Shown: positions 56,152 through 64,000 of the stretch, piece after piece
Numbering within the stretch: the stretch's first letter is position 1
Layout of the letters: every line of letters begins with the position of its first letter
Position numbers and translations under genes: made by a program
From: Eledone cirrhosa
Lineage: Eukaryota
Assembly: GCA_964016885.1 (NCBI GenBank)
Contig: OZ024748.1
Location: 8,618,001 to 8,682,000 of the forward strand
Length of the DNA stretch: 64,000 nt
Direction of reading: 5' to 3'
The notes under the pieces: generated by a model
Seen by the model: only the letters and a program-made list of their open reading frames with translations
Database searches by the model: none
Told to the model about the DNA's origin: nothing

Positions 56152-59024
56152 TCCTTTTTCCTCATTTAATCTTGTATTTATATTTTGAAAATATCCTTCG
56201 TTAATTAACATCACTTAATTAATCAAATACGAAGTTGATTAATAACCATTAATATTAACCATTAATCATATACGCAACATTTATCCTGCACTTTCCCGCG
56301 TTCTTCATTTCTTTCTTTCTCACTTTCTTTCTTTCTTTCTCGCTTTCTTTCTTTCTTTCTCGCTTTCTTTCTTTGGTTAAATAATTTCCTGAAATGTTTC
56401 GTATTTCCTTTGTAGATGTTTCTTTCCTCCTCCCTCTAGCCTATGACATTAAATATTATATAGCTATAATATTTTTTCTGCCAGAAAACCAGTAACAATT
56501 GATTGTGCTTACATCAACTAATATCTTCACCATCCTATCGTTGGAAACCTAAGGTAGATATGTGATTAGTTCTAACAGAGTAATAGAAAAGGCATTCTAT
56601 TATAGTTTTCTAGTATTCTATATCTATACTACGTTTAATAAAGAAGTTACCTTGTATAGATTCGGAAATATTTATTTGTTTGCTAAGTTCTATTTCTTAG
56701 AAGTAACATACTTATTTCTCACCAAGCGTGAAATCACAGTTTTATTGTCCAGATTACCAGAATATTCTATGGAGAATTCAGAAAATTTTTCTTCTTTAAC
56801 CTCTGACGTCATTTTTATCTCGTTTGAAATAATATTTCCTTGTTTCTTTCACTTCCTCTCTATTCAATATTAAAAATTTTGCAAAATAAGTTAAGATCAC
56901 CAATTCTATTGTTTTTCTTCCTAAATATTCTTATTGTTATTATCATTGAAGGATTTTATCAATTTTTTTTTGTCTTTCTAAAAATGTAATCCTTTCACAA
57001 AGCGAACGTTTGTAAGACAACCACATTACCTGATGCTGAGGCAGATAAAGGAAGAAAGGAAAAAAAGTAGCTACTAAGGAATGGACTAATCCTCCCTCAC
57101 CCAATAATTTAGTTGCTCACTTACTAGGAAACAACGAAAAGAAATATACAAAAGAATGTTGTGCCTGCTTTTGGTTTCCTTTTCTTCTTTGTGGTTCCTA
57201 TGTAGTTGTATATGTCGGCTTGCTGACTTCTTCTTCGTTCCATAGCTGAGTAGATCTAAAATATCATTGTTTGAAAATTTATTTAACTTCGTTTTAAATA
57301 TTTTACTTCCAAGTGTAGTTCTATTTATTTTTGTTTTCTTTTCTTTTTTTTGGGGGGGGGGGGGGGATTTTAGTTGCTTCCGAATTTTTGCTTTTTGAAA
57401 ATATAATCATTTTATTTTCGAAAGAAAAATTTTATAAATATTTATTAATCTCATTTTACTTCTTGTATGCTTGATTCGAGTAGCCAATGAACAGAGTCTA
57501 ATTTCTGGTTAAAATGCCATAAAAGTATAAATGTATTCACATTTATGTCAATATTGCATCTTTTAGAAATAATAGACAAACATGGCGTAACAATATGCAT
57601 TTCTATATAATCACTTTATGTTAGAGTTCAAATTACTTCATTTTCCTTTATGAAATCTTTTCTGTATCTTCATATATTTTCTACATAGACTCAAAACGAT
57701 ATTTAGTAATTTATTATATTTTATAGAATGGATAGAATCTGGATATGAATAATTACTCACTTTTACATGGGTAGATGAATGCAAAATTTGCAAGACATTG
57801 TCAGGATTGTATGTTTTGTATATTAAATAGATCGACGCGATTATATAACTGGTATTCATTTTTCTTTACTTGCCTGTAAGGAAAGTTAACCAGAAACGCT
57901 TGGAACTCAGAACGTATGAACACTTTAGTAAAGAATAAAAAGCATTTACCCGATATTTCAGTTACATTATGATTGTCTGCCTATCTGCTTGTCTGTCTGT
58001 GTGTTTGTATGTCTGTCTGTTTAGCTAGCTATCTGGCTAGATCTCTAGCTAGATCTCTAGCTATATATATGAGTTGTTAAGCTGGGTGACGGGTTTAGTA
58101 TACAATTGAATAACGTACACTACACATATGGAGTTTAACTTTAATCTTAGCCTTAACAAAATTTGTAGAATTGCAAAGACGAAGAAAGGAAAAGACGAGA
58201 CAACTGGGAAACGATAAGAAATTCTACTGGACGAAATATTATATAGAATACAGAAACACGGATACTTTAAAACACACCTAAGACATTTAAATTAAGAGAA
58301 TATATTTCAATTTTATATAATAAAATATTAACATTTTAAAGATATTCGTTTTACAAAACTACGATGCCTGCGGTTGTTCATGCCGATATTATGGCGTGTG
58401 GAAGAGAACTGAAGTAAAATGGTAGGAACCGGAAATCCAACCAAGTTTATGAATTTACGTAATTTATTATTGTAATGTAATTAACAGCAAATGAACTATT
58501 AGAATTAATATAAACAAAACCTAAATATTGCTAAATTTAGAAACGAGTCAGATATAATTTGAGCAGGCTGCCTACAAGAATATTAGTAAATGGCTAAAAC
58601 TGTGTAGTTTTTATGTTTTTGTTTCACATTAAAACAAAAGAGGATATTGAACTTTGAAATATTTTATGTCACAACATATCGATCTTACGAGTGACTCGTA
58701 CCTAAGGTTATGTCATAGTAGTTATTATTAACAACTATAAGTATTAATGTGGTGTGGTAAATATAATAATATATAATATCTATCTATATATATATACACA
58801 CCAGGCCCGAACACAAAGGAACCAAATGTCCGCTGTCACTGCCCCCATCTCTTCCGCTCTCACCATCTCAAAAACAAAATCAAATTCTATTTTCATTTAC
58901 ATTTGACCACTTCTTTGATAACAACTTATTGGATACCTGTTGAATAACGACATTTAGATGCCTTAGAAATATGCATAACAGGATAATATAATAAAATAAA
59001 CTGATGTTGAATATATATATATGT

Positions 59025-59300
59025 GTATATATATAAAATTAAGTATGTGTGTGCCTGTGTGTCTGTGTATTACCTATAGGGGCCTACATCTTATGACCGA
59101 TTTTCATGAAACTTTACAGGCTCATAGATTAGTCATCGGGGAGTGTTTTCTATATATCAGCGTATCGTTTTTTTTTTTTATTCCGCGGTCATTCTGCAGA
59201 TAAAAATCAATAGGAGGGTCACCTTTTTTTAGGTATCGAAAAATAAGATTTTTGGCTCTAGCTCTCACATTTTGCCACTGATTTCGTTCAAATTTAAAGC
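59025..59300 (+). mobile_element. Possible non-autonomous Helitron-like 5' fragment
   Basis: TATATATATAAAATTAAGTATGTGTGTG(C/T)CTGTG...ACCGATTTTCATGAAACTTT, with a second CTGATTTCGTTCAAATTT motif. This is a pattern I recall from invertebrate Helitron-N elements. No CTAG 3' end found. Confidence 0.35.
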
Positions 59301-59448
59301 AAAATAGAATTTATCATTGCACTTCCTTTAATGGCTTTATATTTTGCAAACTGTATTTCGACCAATCGGTGTGTAGTTTCCCTGGATCACTAAAGTTGAT
59401 TGGTTTAGGCGTCACGGTTGGTTGAGCATGTCTAACGACTTCTATTTG

Positions 59449-59555
<107 letters not shown>

Positions 59556-59638
59556 CAGGTCCGAACAGAATGGGGTGTCAAAACATTCATACAGTCACCA
59601 AAGTGAAGGTAAATTTATAAATCAATAATTAATATAAT

Positions 59639-59730
59639 TGTTTCTACTTTTGGCACAAGGCCAACAATTACCCCAGTGCATTACTGGTACTTTTTTTTAT
59701 CGATTCCGTAAGAATGAAAGGCAAAGTTAA
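59639..59730 (-). mobile_element. SINE family A, 3' half
   Basis: Family A sequence with an imperfect 9-bp TSD TAATA(T/G)AAT at 59630-59638 and 59732-59740. Confidence 0.9.
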
Positions 59731-59762
59731 GTAATAGAATCTTCATCATCATCATCATCACC

Positions 59763-60855
59763 ATTATTATTATTATTATTATTACTATTGTTCTTTGAGT
59801 CTCAGTCATTGATGTTAGTTAACTGGAAAGTTTGTTGAAATGAATATCAAGCCACTACCTGCAGCCTCAGATATTCAGGACGTATCGGAGGGTTCTTGCT
59901 GTTCCCAGCAAGCATGCCTTTTGAAGCGTTCCAAAAAGCGGGGCGGGGCCAATTTTCTTTAACCATCCCTGGAAACTTTTTGAGATAGTACCTAGTGCGC
60001 CTATGACAATCGGGACCACTTTGACTTCATGGCAGTTCCAAATCCTTTTTACCTCCCACTTTAAGTCCTAGTATCGGTTAATTTTCCCCCTCTCCTTCTC
60101 TTGCACTCTCGTGTCGAATGGGCAGGCCACATCCACAATCAGGCACGATCATTTTTCCTTGCCCAAAACCACCAGGTCAGGTCTATTGTGTTCCAGTTTC
60201 TTGTCCGTCTGTATCCTAAAATCCCACAGCACCTTCACCTGATCGTTTTCTATCACCGACTCTGGCCTATGCTCATACCACTTCTCAGAATGCGGTAAAT
60301 TGTTTACTTTGCATAGGTGCCAGTGGATCACCCTGCCCATCACATCATGTCTCCAGCCTTTATAGTGAGTCTGGGCTAGGTGTTTACACTCGGATACAAT
60401 GTGAGCCACAGTCTCCTCTCTCTCTCTCCACAGATCCTGCACAGTGAGCTAGCCTCCTCCTTGTAAATATGGTGTTTCACCCACTTCGTTTTGAGGGCCT
60501 GCTCTTGCGCAGCCATTAGCATTCCTTCTGTAGCCTTTTTAAGGTCTCCTCTTTTCAACCAGTTCCATGTCTGTGGATCTCTGAATTCAGTTTTCTCAAA
60601 GAAGGTACTATGAATGGATTTTTTATGAAGGCTGCTCTTTCTCCTTGTTGTTATTTCCTCCTTGGACATCCCTTGGTCTATTGTCCTCTCCTTCAGTACA
60701 ATTCTGACCATTGGCTCCTTACTATCAGTCACGTATTTGTGTAGGTTGTTTTTCTCCATCTGAACACAGTCCTGTATGCTGATAAGACTCTTCCACTTCA
60801 GATCTCCTTAAGAGTAGAGTCTATCGACATCACTCCTCTTGTGGAACATCTTGTA
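59763..60855 (-). mobile_element. 5'-truncated, decayed R4/Dong-like non-LTR retrotransposon (RT C-terminus, CCHC, restriction-like endonuclease)
   Basis: Minus strand across frameshifts: MFHKRSDVDRLY...WLKRGDLKKATEGMLMAAQEQAL...CRICGE/EETVAHIVSEC...RHD...LWDFRIQTD...NRPDLVV...RY*DLKWEVKRIW...LQKACLLGTARTLRYVLNI* (stop 59867-59869). Short 3' UTR and a (TAA)n tail. Confidence 0.85.
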
Positions 60856-61094
60856 GATAGTCCACCGCAGGGTTAAACATCCAGCTATTGCTGGACTTCC
60901 CCTGGATAGGACGACAGTCCATCGCAGGGTTAAACCTCCAACTATTGCTGGTACTCATTTTTAGTTGGCTATACTGGAGCAACTTGAAATGAAGTGTTCT
61001 GCTTAAGAACACAACACGCAACACAGCTCAAGAATCGAACTCACGACATTATGATCGTAAGACCAACACCCTTACCACTAGGCCACCCGCCTTC
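60856..61094 (-). mobile_element. SINE family B, 5' part with a 36-bp internal duplication, abutting the R4-like LINE
   Basis: A-box TGGCCTAGTGG, B-box GAGTTCGATTC, CORE-like body. Duplicated segment at 60859-60894 and 60916-60951. Confidence 0.85.
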
Positions 61095-61262
61095 ACTGAT
61101 AGAGACTAAATAACGTTATATTGTGCTATGTTGTAATGTTGGCCCGGTTGCTTCAAGCAGAAATTGTGTTTTTTATACATTGAATCGTTATATTGTATAT
61201 CTTCACACTTAATGTTTGGACGTTAATGGATTCATATGTAACACCTTACAATCCACCTACAC

Positions 61263-61490
61263 ATGTGTACACCCGTGTACACAGATATATATATATGTAC
61301 ACCCGTGTACATATATATATATATGTACACCCGTGTACACAGATATATATATATATGTACACCCGTGTACACAGATATATATATATGTACACCCGTGTAC
61401 ACAGATATATATATATGTACACCCGTGTACACAGATATATATATATATGTACACCCGTGTACACAGATATATATGTGTATACCTGGGTAC
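61263..61490. repeat. ~30-bp minisatellite with hairpin core TGTACACCCGTGTACA, ~7 copies
   Basis: Identical cores separated by CAGA(TA)n of variable length. Confidence 0.9.
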
Positions 61491-61586
61491 ACATATATAC
61501 ATATATGTATACAGCTGTGCACACATGTGTACATATGTGGGGACCTTTGAACACAACTACACATACCCACCCAGAGACCTTGCAAT

Positions 61587-61628
<42 letters not shown>

Positions 61629-61692
61629 ATTTTGAGTATATATGAAGATACATGTACACCACACACACACACATATATATAAAGAGAGTCAG

Positions 61693-61777
<85 letters not shown>

Positions 61778-61820
61778 TGTATATTAATTAATACGGTAAT
61801 ACTTTGAAAACTAAAGCAAC

Positions 61821-61873
<53 letters not shown>

Positions 61874-61890
61874 ATATATGTATGTATGTA

Positions 61891-61976
<86 letters not shown>

Positions 61977-62002
61977 CATATATATATATGTATGTATGTA
62001 TG

Positions 62003-62054
<52 letters not shown>

Positions 62055-62080
62055 TATATATATGTATGTATGTATGTAGA

Positions 62081-62151
<71 letters not shown>

Positions 62152-62156
62152 TGAGA

Positions 62157-62201
<45 letters not shown>

Positions 62202-62204
62202 GGG

Positions 62205-62240
<36 letters not shown>

Positions 62241-62570
62241 CAATTACACAAATTATGTAAACTTTAAAGATTTTTCTCTGGTTTTGTTTAAATAATTTTT
62301 GTTGTCTTCGTTTTTATTTGCGGAAAAAGATTTTACGAAGTAAGCAAAAACCACTTGGGAAATCAGGATCAGAAATTGATAAACGTATAAGCGATGATGA
62401 AGAGTGAGTATGTGATAATCAGGAACCGCATCACTGACGAAGCATTGAACAGCCATGCAACTGATGAGAACAAAGATAAAGCTGAGATGGAATTTGGCAA
62501 GATTTTTCTCAATGATAAATTTAAAACAAAAACAAAAAAATAGATGAGAGAGAGGAATGAAAAACATGGT

Positions 62571-62800
62571 TATGTATATTGTGAATGGGGCTTTATGTAT
62601 ATTGTGAGTGGGGCTTTATGTATATTGTGAATGGGGCTTTATGTATATTGTGAGTGGGGCTTTATGTATATTGTGAATGGGGCTTTATGTATATTGTGAG
62701 TGGGGCTTTATGTATATTGTGAATGGGGCTTTATGTATATTGTGAGTGGGGCTTTATGTATATTGTGAGTGGGGCTTTATGTATATTGTGAGTGGGGCTT
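62571..62800. repeat. Minisatellite, 23-bp unit, 10 copies
   Basis: Unit TATGTATATTGTGA(A/G)TGGGGCTT. Confidence 0.95.
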
Positions 62801-63121
62801 TATAAGTTGGAAAAACCACTATATGAATATATACATTTATATAAACATACCTATATACATACATAGATACAGGCATTCATACATATACATGCATACACAT
62901 ATATATTCCTTACATAAGAATATATATATACGTTCATATATATATACACATACACATATATGTATATACTTACCCATATGTGTGTATGCGTATACATATA
63001 TGTACATACACAAATCAAACCTTGGTTTCATTGATTTGAAGACCTTTTGATCGACTATAAGCTTAATACAACATCGTATATATCTACTCAAACAGATTGA
63101 CTCGTATATAATCATGCGTGT

Positions 63122-63154
<33 letters not shown>

Positions 63155-63168
63155 AATGTAGACTTATA

Positions 63169-63211
<43 letters not shown>

Positions 63212-63311
63212 TCACATAAGCACATAGAAATATTCGCTGTAACACATCTGTAGACAAATGGTGATATTCAAATGTCCTGATCGTACTATATGTGTATATA
63301 TACATACAACA

Positions 63312-63370
<59 letters not shown>

Positions 63371-63841
63371 AAGACTTTTGTGTATGTGTGTACACAGCAT
63401 ACTTTTCGTAAGAAATTATGAAAATGAGACACTAAATCGCCGTCAGCCTATCTCTGTATCGATCTCTCCGATAAATGATCTACATAAAAACTTCCCCTTG
63501 TATCAATATATCCGCAACAATAATAGATTCAAAGGCCAGTTTTTAACCTCTTCTTTTAATATCGAATAATTAGTTGCTTTTTTATTTCTTTGCTTTTTTT
63601 TCTCCTAGGCCTAGTGATATAAAATATTTCATACTTCAGCTTTATAAACTCTGGTGTTATGTATGTATGTATGTATGTATGTATGTATGTATGTATGTAT
63701 ATATATGTGTATGTATATATGTATGTGTACGTATGTATGTATATTTTATATTACATGTATCAAATATGCCATCGGAAGTCTTGTTCTGATAACATTTCTA
63801 GAAACTTCGAAGCATTTCGTTTTCTATTATTTAATCGTTTT

Positions 63842-64000
63842 AAGGGCGGTGGATTGGCAGTATCGGTAGAGGGTCGGACACCATGCTTTGACGCATAGAG
63901 TTACGGCCCTTGCTATTCTGAGTTCAAATCCCGCCGAGGTTAACTTTGCCTTTCATCCTTACGGGGTCGATAAAATAAAGTGCCAGTAATACACTGGGTA
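63842..64000 (+). mobile_element. SINE family A, intact 5' end, cut by the window edge
   Basis: AGGGCGGTGGATTGGCAGTATCGG...GAGTTCAAATCCCGCCGAGGTTAACTTTGCCTTTCATCCTTACGGGGTCGATAAAATAAAG. Confidence 0.9.

Noticed and set aside
61263-61490. CRISPR-like look: palindromic repeats with variable gaps
   Set aside because: The gaps are only variable-length TA runs rather than unique spacers. No cas genes, and the context is eukaryotic.

Overview
AT-rich eukaryotic genomic DNA, saturated with (TA)n, (CA)n, (GA)n, (TATC)n and trinucleotide microsatellites. The repeat families resemble those I recall from coleoid cephalopods (Octopus-like); this is inference and no database was searched. Nearly all ORFs in the supplied track are microsatellite artefacts. 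Supported content: (1) many copies of at least two tRNA-derived SINE families, several with clean target-site duplications (TSDs); (2) 5'-truncated LINEs, namely an uninterrupted L1/Tx1-like 3' end with an 11-bp TSD and a decayed R4/Dong-like RLE element fused to a SINE head; (3) two Tc1/mariner remnants; (4) a Penelope-like GIY-YIG fragment; (5) several minisatellites; (6) two phase-compatible candidate exons of a minus-strand host gene. The most interesting signal is a recurring set of small (TA)n-anchored fold-back modules carrying whole or partial minimal hammerhead-ribozyme motifs, probably Penelope-like or retrozyme-like termini. One near-complete hammerhead lies at 40663-40705, and a shared 22-bp terminus occurs three times. 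No prokaryotic system, CRISPR array, rRNA or intact tRNA gene was seen.
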